NCBI GenBank assembly: GCA_038205015.1
Contig: JBBRCK010000001.1
Location: 51,862-115,861, forward strand
Length of the DNA stretch: 64,000 bases
From: Candidatus Levyibacteriota bacterium
GTDB taxonomy: Bacteria; Patescibacteriota; Microgenomatia; Levybacterales; UBA12049
Direction of reading: 5' to 3'
Of this stretch, positions 27,592 through 37,581 are shown piece by piece. Positions within the stretch are counted from its first letter, which is position 1. Each line of letters begins with the position of its first letter. A program made the translations under genes and the position numbers. Below the pieces are notes generated by a model. The model was not told the origin of the DNA. It saw only the letters and a program-made list of their open reading frames with translations, and searched no databases.

Positions 27592-28208
27592 GATTTAGCT
27601 ATGTAAACGTAATTGCCAAAGACTTTGGGAATTGAACCCGCTTTGGCGGGATTTTTCGTTTTTACAGGCGTTTGCACTTTAAAAAATCGCGTAAATACAG
27701 CACTTTGAATGAAAAGGATTAAACTTTTTGTGACCAAGCTTTGCTTGGTAATCAGAAAGTGGTAGGAATTTTGTCAGGTTATTCCATTAAAGAAATCTGA
27801 CACGATAAAGTTTATCATTTGATGAACTTTTTCAATTTTTTTGAGAATTTGATCCTGGTTCAGGATAAACGCTGGCGGCGTGCCTTAGGCATGCAAGTCA
27901 AAGGGGTTCCGCAAGGAACAACTGGCAGACGGGTGAGTAACGCGTAGGAATCTACCCCTAGGAGGACCATAGCCGTCCGAAAGGATGGGTAATAGTTCAT
28001 AGTCAATTTATTGTAAAGGAGTTAACGCTCCGCCAAGGGATGAGCCTGCGTCCTATCAGCTTGTTGGTGAGGTAAAAGCTTACCAAGGCGATGACGGGTA
28101 GCTGGACTGAGAGGTCGATCAGCCACAACTGCACTGAGATACGGGCAGTACATCTACGGATGGCAGCAACCAGGAATATTGCGCAATGGACGAAAGTCTG
28201 ACGCAGCG

Positions 28209-28253
<45 letters not shown>

Positions 28254-28657
28254 ATAGTCCTTTCACGGACTATAGAATAAGCACCTACTAACTACGTGCC
28301 AGAAGTCTCGGTAATACGTAGGGTGCAAGCGTTATCCGGATTTATTGGGCGTAAAGTGTGCGTAGGCTCATCGAAAAGTCATACCTTAAATACTAAGGCT
28401 TACCCTTGGGAGTGGGTATGATACTTTCGATGTTGAGGATTGTCAGGGGTACTGGAACAGTTAGTGTAGCAGTGAAATGCGTTGATATTAACTGGAACAC
28501 CGATGGCGAAGGCAGGTACCTGGGATTTTCCTGACGCTGAGGCACGAAAGCTAGGGGAGCGAAACAGATTAGATACCTGTGTAGTCCTAGCCGTAAACGA
28601 TGTCTGCTAGCTTTGTCCGACTTGTCGGACGAGGCGCAAGCTAACGCGTTAAGCAGA

Positions 28658-28717
<60 letters not shown>

Positions 28718-28825
28718 CCGGTGGAGCGTGTGGTTCAATTCGAGACAAAACGAAAAACCTCACCAGGGTTTGACATGATACCGTACATTTTTCTAGAAAT
28801 AGAGAGAAATCCGCAAGGATGGTAC

Positions 28826-28869
<44 letters not shown>

Positions 28870-29255
28870 CCCTTAAGTGGGGAAACGAGCGCAACCCGCG
28901 TCTAATGTTGAATAATCATTAGAGACGGTCCCTAGTTTTCTAGGGAAGGAAGGAGCGGAAGACGTCAAGTCAGCACGGCCCTTATACCCTGGGCTACACA
29001 CACACTACAATGGCGAAAAACAACGGGCTGCAAGCCGGCAACGGCAAGCGAATCCCTTAAATTTCGCCTCAGTTCAGATTGGAGTCTGCAACCTGACTCC
29101 ATGAAGTCGGAATCGGTAGTAATCGCAGATCAGCATGCTGCGGTGAATACGTTCTCGGGTCTTGTACACACCGCCCGTCAAGGCAGCAAAGTCGGTAGCT
29201 ATCGAACATCCCCTTTGGGGATGGAGATAGAGATTGGCGATGAAGCTTAAGTCGT

Positions 29256-29978
29256 ATAAATGTTGCGACCTATGTTGGCAACAGCATAGAAAACCTCAAC
29301 TGTATCGGTGAACTCCTACTTGAGTTTATAATTATTTTTTAAATAGTTTATACTTAAGGGACAATACCGAGGGAAGTCGTCTTGATTTAATTAAGATTGA
29401 CCCCGTAGAGACTACACGTTGACGCCTTGAAAAATGACAAAACCTTATTTACTTGGTGCATTACATGATGGTACTGAAAGAAAATTTACTTATCGTATCG
29501 GTCAGAAAGATAAAGAGTATATAGAATTTCTTTTAAAAGGAATTCAATCTCTTGGTCAAAAAGCCTGGATGTATAAAGAAGGGAAAACTCGACAATTTTA
29601 CATTGTTGAATTCTCAAAATTTTTTTTGAAAGATGCAAATATAGCATCGATTCAAGATAAGATTGATTACATCAGAGGATATTTCGATGCGGAAGGAGGA
29701 ATCTCCAGAGATTCTAAGATTCGTTATTATATTTATTTTGCTCAGAAAAATCTGAAAGATTTACAAGAGTTAAAAGGATATTTAACGGAACTTGGAATAG
29801 CCTGCGGTATTATTCATAATCCAAGTAAAAAGAGAGATCCAGATTATTGGCGTTTTTTTATAAGTGTAAAATCTTATAGAGAATTTGCGGAAAGAATTGG
29901 ATCTTGGCACCCAGTAAAAAGTCATTTTTTAAGGATGAAGATATAGTCCATGCCCCTAGTAATAGGTGGATTTACATG
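29256..29978 (+). mobile_element. Group-I-like intron in 16S rRNA, inserted in AAGTCGT|AACAAGG near the 3' end, carrying a homing endonuclease ORF
   Basis: exon sequence is contiguous only if 29256..29978 is removed; 5' splice site follows U, intron ends in G. Confidence 0.7.
29434..29946 (+). CDS. LAGLIDADG homing endonuclease (double-motif) encoded inside the 16S intron
   Basis: two LAGLIDADG blocks: LLGALHDGT and IRGYFDAEGG; 170 aa. Confidence 0.85.
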   Translation: MTKPYLLGALHDGTERKFTYRIGQKDKEYIEFLLKGIQSLGQKAWMYKEGKTRQFYIVEFSKFFLKDANIASIQDKIDYIRGYFDAEGGISRDSKIRYYIYFAQKNLKDLQELKGYLTELGIACGIIHNPSKKRDPDYWRFFISVKSYREFAERIGSWHPVKSHFLRMKI

Positions 29979-30228
29979 AACAAGGTATCCCTACCCGAAG
30001 GTGGGGATGGATCACCTCCTTTCTAAAATTAAATTGGGCGCGTCCCAATTTACAGAGTAGGAAAGAGAGATGGACGGCAAGTTAGTAAAATGTCTTTTGA
30101 CATTACTACTAATCGAATACGTAAAACACCAAGTGCAAGTAGCACTTGTAAAACTCTACTACTTATTTGTTCCTACCACTTTCTGGTTCAAGTCCCGATA
30201 TAATCGGGACGAAGTGCAATTCAACGTA

Positions 30229-30254
30229 AAACCACTCCAAGCGAGTGGTTTTTT
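30229..30254 (+). terminator. Rho-independent terminator downstream of 16S rRNA
   Basis: stem AAACCACTC/GAGTGGTTT with 5-nt loop followed by TTTTT. Confidence 0.6.
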
Positions 30255-30279
30255 GTGGCCAATAAGCTATAATTAAAAA

Positions 30280-30711
30280 GTGAAAGAAATAATAATTAAA
30301 GAAAAATTTGATTATCCACTCGATAAAGTTTGGGAAATGTTTGTAGATTTAGAAAACTTTCCTAAATATTTTAAATACGTCAATAAAGTTTTTTATAATG
30401 AAAAAATGAGTTTAGGTTCGGTTTGGTATGATTTTGCTTCTTTTGTTGTTCCGATAATTGTTAAGCATAAAACTACAGTTTTTGAAAAAGAAAAAACATT
30501 AGGTTTTGAAGTTTATATTCCTTTTAGAGGATTTGTTAAGGAAAGAGTAAACTTTACACAAAAAGGGGATTCAACTGAAATTGATGGGAATTTGGTTTTT
30601 GATTTTGGAAACCCCATTTTTAGCTTTCTTTTTGATAAATTGTTTGAAAAAAGAATGAAAGAGTCAATTGACGGGGCGATAAGTAAATTTAAAAGGGAAA
30701 ATTCAGCTTAG
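30280..30711 (+). CDS. SRPBCC (Bet v1/START-like, polyketide cyclase-dehydrase fold) family protein
   Basis: 143 aa; beta-rich pattern with C-terminal helix typical of SRPBCC. Confidence 0.5.
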   Translation: MKEIIIKEKFDYPLDKVWEMFVDLENFPKYFKYVNKVFYNEKMSLGSVWYDFASFVVPIIVKHKTTVFEKEKTLGFEVYIPFRGFVKERVNFTQKGDSTEIDGNLVFDFGNPIFSFLFDKLFEKRMKESIDGAISKFKRENSA

Positions 30712-31395
30712 TTAATTTTTGTGTTTTCTGTGGTGCCTAATCGTTTTTACACCTCTATGGGCATATTCAACAATATTCTCAATTTTTTCTAATTGTCTCG
30801 GAGCAGTACGCACAACTATTTTATCATCAAAAAATACTTTTCCGTGTCTGGCAATATGAATTGCTAAGTCTGCATCTTCATGAACAATTCTATCATCAAG
30901 GCAAATCTCATTTTTTACCATTTCCCAAGCTTTTTTATGAACAGCCAAATTAAATCCCATCATTCCATCATGCTTCATAGTTAACTTAATGAATTTGGAA
31001 GAGCCTGTAACCAACCACGTATGAAATTGAAGAAAGTTAGGAATTCTGTCAAAATAGGCAGTGCCGGAAAGGCCTAACAGTTCCGGATCTTTTTCGAATG
31101 CTTTACGAATTTTTTTTGTCCAATCACGGGGAACACGTGTGTCTGCATCTGTTCGGGCAATTACATCTCCTTTTGCTAAATTAAATCCTGCATTTCTGGC
31201 GGGTGTTCTTCCTTGATTAGGTTCCTTAACTATCTTGGCGTGATATTTTTTTGCAATCTCAACCGTTTTGTCGGTTGAGTTATTATCAACCACAATTATT
31301 TCGTACGGTTTTTCAATTTGATTTGCTAAACTTTTTAAGCATGCTTCGAGGAATTTTTCTTCGTTATACGCAGGCACGACCACGGATATTTTCAT
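30712..31395 (-). CDS. Glycosyltransferase family 2
   Basis: ISVVVPAYNEE...IIVVDNNSTD...DADT motifs. Confidence 0.8.
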   Translation of the reverse strand: MKISVVVPAYNEEKFLEACLKSLANQIEKPYEIIVVDNNSTDKTVEIAKKYHAKIVKEPNQGRTPARNAGFNLAKGDVIARTDADTRVPRDWTKKIRKAFEKDPELLGLSGTAYFDRIPNFLQFHTWLVTGSSKFIKLTMKHDGMMGFNLAVHKKAWEMVKNEICLDDRIVHEDADLAIHIARHGKVFFDDKIVVRTAPRQLEKIENIVEYAHRGVKTIRHHRKHKN

Positions 31396-31459
31396 ACCTT
31401 ATATTATATAGGATTCTTTCAGATTGTAAACAAACGAACAAATTGTTACTATAAAAGAG

Positions 31460-32206
31460 ATGAAGTTATTAACAATAGTAGTTCCGGCCTTAAACGAAGA
31501 AAAATATCTTCCTATTCTTCTAAAGTCCTTTTTAAACCAAACCGATAAAAATTTCGAAATTGTAGTAGTTGATGGGAAATCAGAGGATAACACTGTTAAA
31601 AATGTAACCGAATTTAAAGACAGATTAGATGTAAGAATTGTTATAGCCGATAAAAGAAATTTATCACATCAAAGAAATTTAGGAGCGCAAAATGCAAAAG
31701 GAGATTATGTAACTTTTCTAGATGCGGATTTTATCGTAAAAGATGATTTTGTAAAGTCGTGTTTTTTAGAGGCTGAAAAATCCGATGTGGATTTAATCAT
31801 TCCACTTTCTTTTCCGATTACCTCAAATCCTCTTTGGAAATTATATTTTTTAGTAATAAATTTACTATCAATTATTTCTACGCTACTTGGTAAGCCTTTT
31901 GGCAATGGGCCTGGAAATTTAATCAAAAAAGAAGCTTTTCTTAAAACACCAGGATATAGCGAAACGGTATTTGTTTTTGAAGATCAATATTTTTTTCAGC
32001 AAGCTAAAGCTGCGGGCTTGAAAATTAAACACACAGGCAAAATTAAAATGTACTTTTCATTAAGAAGATTAGAAAAAGATGGAATTTGGGGATATTTTTA
32101 TTTTAATTTTTCCGCAGGTCTTAGGTTTATGTTAAAAGGGCCAATTTATAAGAAATTTTATGACTATCAAATGGGTGGTCAGAAAAAGGTTGAAAATAAT
32201 AAATAA
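31460..32206 (+). CDS. Glycosyltransferase family 2
   Basis: LTIVVPALNEE...IVVVDGKSED...LDADF motifs; divergent from 30712..31395. Confidence 0.75.
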   Translation: MKLLTIVVPALNEEKYLPILLKSFLNQTDKNFEIVVVDGKSEDNTVKNVTEFKDRLDVRIVIADKRNLSHQRNLGAQNAKGDYVTFLDADFIVKDDFVKSCFLEAEKSDVDLIIPLSFPITSNPLWKLYFLVINLLSIISTLLGKPFGNGPGNLIKKEAFLKTPGYSETVFVFEDQYFFQQAKAAGLKIKHTGKIKMYFSLRRLEKDGIWGYFYFNFSAGLRFMLKGPIYKKFYDYQMGGQKKVENNK

Positions 32207-32272
32207 ATCCTCAGGTTTTAATATTCAATTATCAATCGACAACATCATTTGATTTTGGTATACTTTAGGCAC

Positions 32273-32348
32273 GGCGCGGTGGTGAAGCGGCTAACACAGC
32301 TGTTTGCAAAACAGTCATTCACCGGTTCGAGTCCGGTTCGCGCCTCCA
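32273..32348 (+). tRNA. tRNA-Cys (anticodon GCA), CCA encoded
   Basis: acceptor GGCGCGG/UCGCGCC, anticodon stem GCUGU/ACAGU loop UUGCAAA, T-loop UUCGAGU. Confidence 0.8.
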
Positions 32349-32363
32349 GTATAATATAAAAAT

Positions 32364-32549
32364 ATGAATGGAAAAGAACAGGAACAAAAAAAGAGCAGAT
32401 GGAATAATAGAACTAAATTGGGATTAGTTATTGCAGGGGTAGGGCTTTTGGCTGAAGTTGCTCCGGTTGTAATTATAGGCGGAGGCTTAGCTCTTAGTGG
32501 CGTAATTTTTGAAAGAGGTAAGGCAAAGCAGCAGGTAAAGGCTGCATAA
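32364..32549 (+). CDS. Hypothetical small membrane protein
   Basis: 61 aa with one Gly/Ala/Val-rich TM; wedged between tRNA-Cys and tRNA-Ile; TATAAT 8 nt upstream. Confidence 0.3.
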   Translation: MNGKEQEQKKSRWNNRTKLGLVIAGVGLLAEVAPVVIIGGGLALSGVIFERGKAKQQVKAA

Positions 32550-32552
32550 AAC

Positions 32553-32624
32553 GGGTGCGTAGTTCATCGGTAGAACGCTTCTCTGATAAAGAAGAGGTGC
32601 ATGGTTCGATTCCATGCGCACCCA
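32553..32624 (+). tRNA. tRNA-Ile (anticodon GAU)
   Basis: acceptor GGGUGCG/CGCACCC, anticodon stem CUUCU/AGAAG loop CUGAUAA, T-loop UUCGAUU; CCA not encoded. Confidence 0.8.
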
Positions 32625-32663
32625 CAAAGCAATTGCCTCGTATTTAAAATAGGTGTATAATTC

Positions 32664-33446
32664 ATGATTGTGGTTATGGCTACTAAACCTACTACAGAGG
32701 AAATTAAAAAATTTGTGAAAGAAGCATTAACACGAGCAAATAACGCAAGAATTGAATGTATTGATGGGCGATATACCCCCGAACAATCGGAAGGAGCATT
32801 AAGGGCGCCAGGAGGGGATTTTGGGATGGTTATGGCAATTGCCGGTGCGTTGAAAGACGAAGGAACATATTTAGAGCCGGAAGAAATAGTTGAAAGATAT
32901 TTAACAAGCGTTATGAAGAAAAGAGGATCGGATGCTCAACTTTATTTTCATGATGATGATTCTTCTCATGCAATTGGCTGCGGACATATCGCAAGGGCTT
33001 CCAGTCCCGAACATGAAGGACTTTATGGTAGTTTAACTCATCAAGAAGTCGGGCAGTTATACGAAGTATTTACTTCTCATCCACGGGTTCATAAAACCGT
33101 TCTTGAAGGACCTCATGCAGAAAAAGGGGTTATTGTTGTTGCTGCAGAATCGGAAGAGGCTCCGGTTCCCTATACAATAAACTCCAGAGATGCAAAAGGA
33201 AATATGTATTTTGTTGCAGATATTGATAGGGCAAACAGATTTATAGATAAAGTAGTTCCTCATTTTTCTCAAGGCTTGGTAAAACCAGTTAGTTCTGAAG
33301 ACGTTAAAAGAAATTTTCTAATTCAACTTAATGCTACGGTAACACTTTTGGCCGGAGATAAAGAAAAATTCAAAGTAACAATAGGAGAAAGTGGGGAATT
33401 CTCCATGAATCAACTTCCAAAGCTAAAACCAAGTTCCCAAGTATAA
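32664..33446 (+). CDS. Hypothetical protein
   Basis: 260-aa ORF; conserved-looking CIDGRY...GALRAPGGDFG and HAIGCGH segments; family not recognised. Confidence 0.45.
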   Translation: MIVVMATKPTTEEIKKFVKEALTRANNARIECIDGRYTPEQSEGALRAPGGDFGMVMAIAGALKDEGTYLEPEEIVERYLTSVMKKRGSDAQLYFHDDDSSHAIGCGHIARASSPEHEGLYGSLTHQEVGQLYEVFTSHPRVHKTVLEGPHAEKGVIVVAAESEEAPVPYTINSRDAKGNMYFVADIDRANRFIDKVVPHFSQGLVKPVSSEDVKRNFLIQLNATVTLLAGDKEKFKVTIGESGEFSMNQLPKLKPSSQV

Positions 33447-33450
33447 ATTA

Positions 33451-34392
33451 CTACACACTAGTATAAACACCACGTTGCTCTGGAGAAAGATGCTTAGCAA
33501 TTTCTCTTGCAACAAAATCGCTTGCACCTTTCCAATCACGGTTTGCAATAAATGGCGCTAGCTCTCTATCTGATCTGATTGGTGCGCTGACGTACACGGT
33601 TATTATGTGAGGATTGCCGTAATGAAGTCCCGCAAGTAAGGCTTGACTGCCAGGAAGTTTTGTTTCGGGGTTTAACACTTTATAACTGTCTCGTATACTA
33701 ACGGGTTCTATTGCTAAAGGTCTATGGTTTTGTTTTGCGAGAAGATAATTTAATCTTAATACCTTAGGATCGAATCTTATCATTCCATTTAATTGTCCTG
33801 TTTTAGGGTTAATTCTTCCTCCTTCTACGCTTTTTTCTGGAAGTACTGCGATAGCTGTTGTTCCATTTTTAATTCCGCCCGACATTTTTGTAGCATATTC
33901 TTCAGAGTTTGCGTTAAGCATTCTGTGATTAGCGTCATTTTCAGTTACGGTCGCGACTGGTCGTAAGTGACGTTTTCTAAGAAGATTTCTGGTTGCTTTA
34001 TACATTACAAATGACCAAAAACCCTGATCTCCGGTAAATTGTGATTTTGCCATTGGAAGCAAAGTTTCCTGAGCATTTGTTCCTTCTCTTGTGGCATCAT
34101 TTACTAAAGCTAATATTTCGGCATCATAAGTTGAGGCATGGTTTGCTTCATAAGCGAAAAGGCAACCATCTTCAACAGCTTCTGCAAATTTATCATCAAA
34201 ATCAGGAGCATATTCGATTTCGGTGCCTTTGTCGATTGTTTCCGTCCAGTGCCTGATTATGGGGCCGGCAATAATACTTGCTACCTCGGATCCCACGTTT
34301 TTGGTATTATTAGCTAATTGCTGTTTTTTTGTAAAAACTTGACGTTCTTTTACTGCTTGGGCTGGTTCTGTTTCCCGTTCGATACTACTCAT
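33451..34392 (-). CDS. Hypothetical protein with acyltransferase-like HX4D motif
   Basis: 313 aa; EANHASTYDAEIL resembles PlsC-family motif I; otherwise unrecognised. Confidence 0.35.
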   Translation of the reverse strand: MSSIERETEPAQAVKERQVFTKKQQLANNTKNVGSEVASIIAGPIIRHWTETIDKGTEIEYAPDFDDKFAEAVEDGCLFAYEANHASTYDAEILALVNDATREGTNAQETLLPMAKSQFTGDQGFWSFVMYKATRNLLRKRHLRPVATVTENDANHRMLNANSEEYATKMSGGIKNGTTAIAVLPEKSVEGGRINPKTGQLNGMIRFDPKVLRLNYLLAKQNHRPLAIEPVSIRDSYKVLNPETKLPGSQALLAGLHYGNPHIITVYVSAPIRSDRELAPFIANRDWKGASDFVAREIAKHLSPEQRGVYTSV

Positions 34393-34497
34393 ATTTAGAC
34401 TTGTTATTCTACCATAAATTACTGATTATTATTGATTTTCTGTCTCTAACTGCCCCTTTGCAAATTATTTTCAATGTGTTAAATTAGACTAGATTTT

Positions 34498-35067
34498 ATG
34501 GTACTTTCAGATACAGATTTAAAAAAAGCCTTAATTAGCGGCCAAATTAAAATAAAACCAACGGTTGATTTAAAAACTCAACTTGGTTCTTGCTCAATTG
34601 ATTTGCGGCTTGGAAATGTATTTAGAGTATTCGAGCATTCAAGGCATGCTTACATAGATCCTTTTAAAAAAAGTATCTCAGATGAAGTAACAAGGGAAAT
34701 AAAAATAAAAAACAAAGAGCCTTTTATAATTCAACCCGGAGATTTTGTTTTGGCAACAACAGTTGAGTATATAGAAGTTCCAGATGATCTAACGGGAAGG
34801 CTTGAAGGAAGGTCAAGTATCGGGCGATTAGGTGTTGTAATTCATTCAACAGCTGCAAATATCGAATGCGGATTTAGAGGTCATATAACTTTGGAACTTG
34901 CGAACATGGGTAAAATGCCGGTTGCACTTTATCCCGATATGAGAATATGTTCGATATCTTTTGAACAACTTTCTTCTCCAGCTGAGGTGCCATATTACAA
35001 GAAAAAATCGGCAAAATACGTAGGGCAAAAAGGTCCCGGAGAGAGTAAAATAAATAAAGAAAGATGA
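34498..35067 (+). CDS. dcd: dCTP deaminase
   Basis: dUTPase-fold dCTP deaminase motifs (SIDLRLG, GRSSIGRLG, GFRGHITLE). Confidence 0.85.
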   Translation: MVLSDTDLKKALISGQIKIKPTVDLKTQLGSCSIDLRLGNVFRVFEHSRHAYIDPFKKSISDEVTREIKIKNKEPFIIQPGDFVLATTVEYIEVPDDLTGRLEGRSSIGRLGVVIHSTAANIECGFRGHITLELANMGKMPVALYPDMRICSISFEQLSSPAEVPYYKKKSAKYVGQKGPGESKINKER

Positions 35068-35597
35068 TATTAGGACCTAAAAAATTATTACAATTAGTAA
35101 AAACAAAAAAACTCGTAGAGGGTTTATCGCAGCGTGAACTTACTAATCCCGAAGGTGCAGGTTTTGATTTGCGTTTAGATGAGGTTTATAAAATTTCAGG
35201 TAAAGCATTTTTGGGAGAGACACATCGTCAAACTGCAGATATCACTTTGGTAAAAAAATACGGCAAAGACAAAAGTATAAAAATAAAACCGGGAGATTTT
35301 TTCTTAGTTAAAACAATTGAAAAAATAAATCTTCCAATTACTTTATCGGCGGTGATTCTTCCAAGAACTACAACTTTCAGGTCAGGTCTTTTTATAAGAA
35401 CTGGTCCGATTCAACCCGGTTATCAAGGTGAGTTAACTTTTGGTCTAAAAAATGAAGGTCCGATTACGGTTGAAATAGAAATGGGAGCCAGGTTTGTTCA
35501 CGTTTTGTTCCATGAAATAAAGGGAAGCGGCAGTAAGTATCGTGGTCAGTGGCAAGGCGGAAGAGTATCGGCTACAAAAAAAGAAAAACAAGTTTAA
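35064..35597 (+). CDS. dCTP deaminase/dUTPase-family paralog
   Basis: second dUTPase-fold protein (GFDLRL...PRTTTFRSGL...GYQGELTFGL); overlaps dcd by 4 nt. Confidence 0.6.
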   Translation: MILGPKKLLQLVKTKKLVEGLSQRELTNPEGAGFDLRLDEVYKISGKAFLGETHRQTADITLVKKYGKDKSIKIKPGDFFLVKTIEKINLPITLSAVILPRTTTFRSGLFIRTGPIQPGYQGELTFGLKNEGPITVEIEMGARFVHVLFHEIKGSGSKYRGQWQGGRVSATKKEKQV

Positions 35598-35600
35598 ATT

Positions 35601-36017
35601 ATGGCCTCTACAAAACTTTTTCATATTGGCATTAAGGCAGTAATCGTTAATAACAATAAAGCTTTAGTTTTAGAAGACACCGGAAGGTATGCCGGATTTG
35701 ATGTTCCGGGTGGAAAAATCGATGAAAATGAAACAATAGAACAAGCTTTAAAAAGAGAATTATTGGAAGAATTGGGTTTAACAGATTTTAAAACCGGAGA
35801 GCTTTTAACGGTTTTTGAAAGAGAAGATTATAAAAAAGAGGGCATTAATCTCATTTTAATTTTTTTCAAAGTTGAAGCTAATAATTTTGACGTTAAGTTA
35901 AGCGATGAACACAGTGAATACAGATGGATATCAAAAGATGATTTAAGCGAAATGGTAAAAAATAACGAAGTCAGAAATGACGGTGTAAAAGTAGCACTTG
36001 AAAAGGTTTTAGAATAG
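35601..36017 (+). CDS. NUDIX hydrolase
   Basis: Nudix box GGKIDENETIEQALKRELLEELGL. Confidence 0.8.
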   Translation: MASTKLFHIGIKAVIVNNNKALVLEDTGRYAGFDVPGGKIDENETIEQALKRELLEELGLTDFKTGELLTVFEREDYKKEGINLILIFFKVEANNFDVKLSDEHSEYRWISKDDLSEMVKNNEVRNDGVKVALEKVLE

Positions 36018-36037
36018 TAGTAATTTAGAAATTATAA

Positions 36038-37069
36038 ATGGCAGGAAAAAACAAACAACATCTCAAAGACACTGAGCGTAATCGAAGTGCGGAATATCAA
36101 TATTTAGATTTATTAAAGGAAATCTACAAAGACGGCGTAGAATATGAAGACCGCGGTACCTGGGTTAAGCTACGTGGGGTTTTCGGAAGACAAACCCGCT
36201 ATGATTTATCTAAAGGCTTTCCACTTTTAACCACAAAGAGAGTTTACTGGAAGGGTGTACTTCACGAGCTTTATTGGTTTATGTCGGGCCAGACAAATAT
36301 TAAATATTTGGTCGATAACGATGTACACATCTGGGATGACTATCCGCTTAGATTGTATAACGAATTTTATGTAGTTAAGGGAAAAGCGAAAAAATTAACC
36401 AAAGATCAGTTTGTCGAGAAGATTAAAAATGATAAAAATTTTGCCAAAAAATATGGTAATTTGCCTAAAATATACGGAGAAATGTGGCGAAATTGGCCAA
36501 CCAGAAAAAAAGGGAAGACAATAGACCAATTAAAGTGGGCAATTCAGGAATTAAAAGATGATCCGGGAGCAAAAAATCTAATCGTAACTTCATGGAACCC
36601 CGAATATTTATATACCATGGCAGATAAAAAAGATGCTTCAAGATTTCCGGTTTGCCATAATATGTACCAAATCAGCCTAAAGGGAAATAAGTTGTCTTTG
36701 CAGCTTTATCAAAGAAGCGCGGATGTATTTTTGGGAGTGCCGTTTAATATCGGAAGTTATGCGCTTTTAACAATTATTTTGGCTCATATCACCGGTTACG
36801 AACCTGGCGAGTTTATACATACTTTTGGAGATGTACATATTTACGAAAACCACATGGAGCAGGTAAAAGAACAATTAAGACGAAAACCCCGCCCATTACC
36901 GACTATTAAAATAGACCCTTCGGTTAAAACCTTAGATGATTTTCGTCCTGAATTGGTTACTCTTGAGAATTACAACCCGTATCCTACTTTAAAGGCCGAA
37001 TTAACCGTTACCGGCGGAATTTATAATAAAGACAAAAAAGGCTATTTTGACGAAAAGAAGAAAAAATGA
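36038..37069 (+). CDS. thyA: Thymidylate synthase (ThyA-type) with internal insertion and C-terminal extension
   Basis: active-site FPVCHNMYQ, LQLYQRSADVFLGVPFNIGSYALLT block. Confidence 0.85.
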   Translation: MAGKNKQHLKDTERNRSAEYQYLDLLKEIYKDGVEYEDRGTWVKLRGVFGRQTRYDLSKGFPLLTTKRVYWKGVLHELYWFMSGQTNIKYLVDNDVHIWDDYPLRLYNEFYVVKGKAKKLTKDQFVEKIKNDKNFAKKYGNLPKIYGEMWRNWPTRKKGKTIDQLKWAIQELKDDPGAKNLIVTSWNPEYLYTMADKKDASRFPVCHNMYQISLKGNKLSLQLYQRSADVFLGVPFNIGSYALLTIILAHITGYEPGEFIHTFGDVHIYENHMEQVKEQLRRKPRPLPTIKIDPSVKTLDDFRPELVTLENYNPYPTLKAELTVTGGIYNKDKKGYFDEKKKK

Positions 37070-37542
37070 TTTCAATAATTACTGCAATTGATGATAAAAG
37101 GGGAATTGGCCGTAGGGGACAGCTCCCATGGCATCTTTCGGAAGACTTAAAAAGATTTAAAGAGATAACTTCGGGAAATACCGTAATAATGGGCCGTAAG
37201 ACTTTTGAAAGTATCGGAAAACCTCTTCCCAAGAGATTTAATATTGTTATCTCCGGTCAGCCACAGGATATTAGGTCAGGTGAACTATCAAATGATTTAA
37301 TTTTTGTAAGTTCCTTGGATGAGGCTTTGGAAAAAGCCAAGGGAGATGCATTTGTAATCGGCGGGGGACAAATTTATAATTTAGCAATTGAAAAAGCAGA
37401 TAAATTATATTTAACCCAAGTTGAAGGAGATTTTGGCTGTGACACTTTTTTCCCAAATTACTCTTTATTTACCAGCGAGGTTTTTATTGGCGCAGGTGAG
37501 GAAAATGGAATTAAATATAAGTTTTTAGAGCTTACAAGATAA
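37066..37542 (+). CDS. folA: Dihydrofolate reductase
   Basis: IAIDDKRGIG...LPWHLSEDLKRFKEITSGNTVIMGRKTFESIG. Confidence 0.85.
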   Translation: MISIITAIDDKRGIGRRGQLPWHLSEDLKRFKEITSGNTVIMGRKTFESIGKPLPKRFNIVISGQPQDIRSGELSNDLIFVSSLDEALEKAKGDAFVIGGGQIYNLAIEKADKLYLTQVEGDFGCDTFFPNYSLFTSEVFIGAGEENGIKYKFLELTR

Positions 37543-37581
37543 GTCTTGCTAAGCAAGCGTAGTGCAGAGTAGAATAAAACA

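Noticed and set aside
30191-30209. Hairpin GTCCCGAT-ATAA-TCGGGAC after 16S, considered as a tRNA or 5S fragment
   Set aside because: No cloverleaf or 5S motifs; most likely an rRNA processing stem in the 3' trailer
30070-30276. 68-aa ORF downstream of 16S
   Set aside because: It spans the 16S trailer hairpins and the rho-independent terminator; unlikely to be coding
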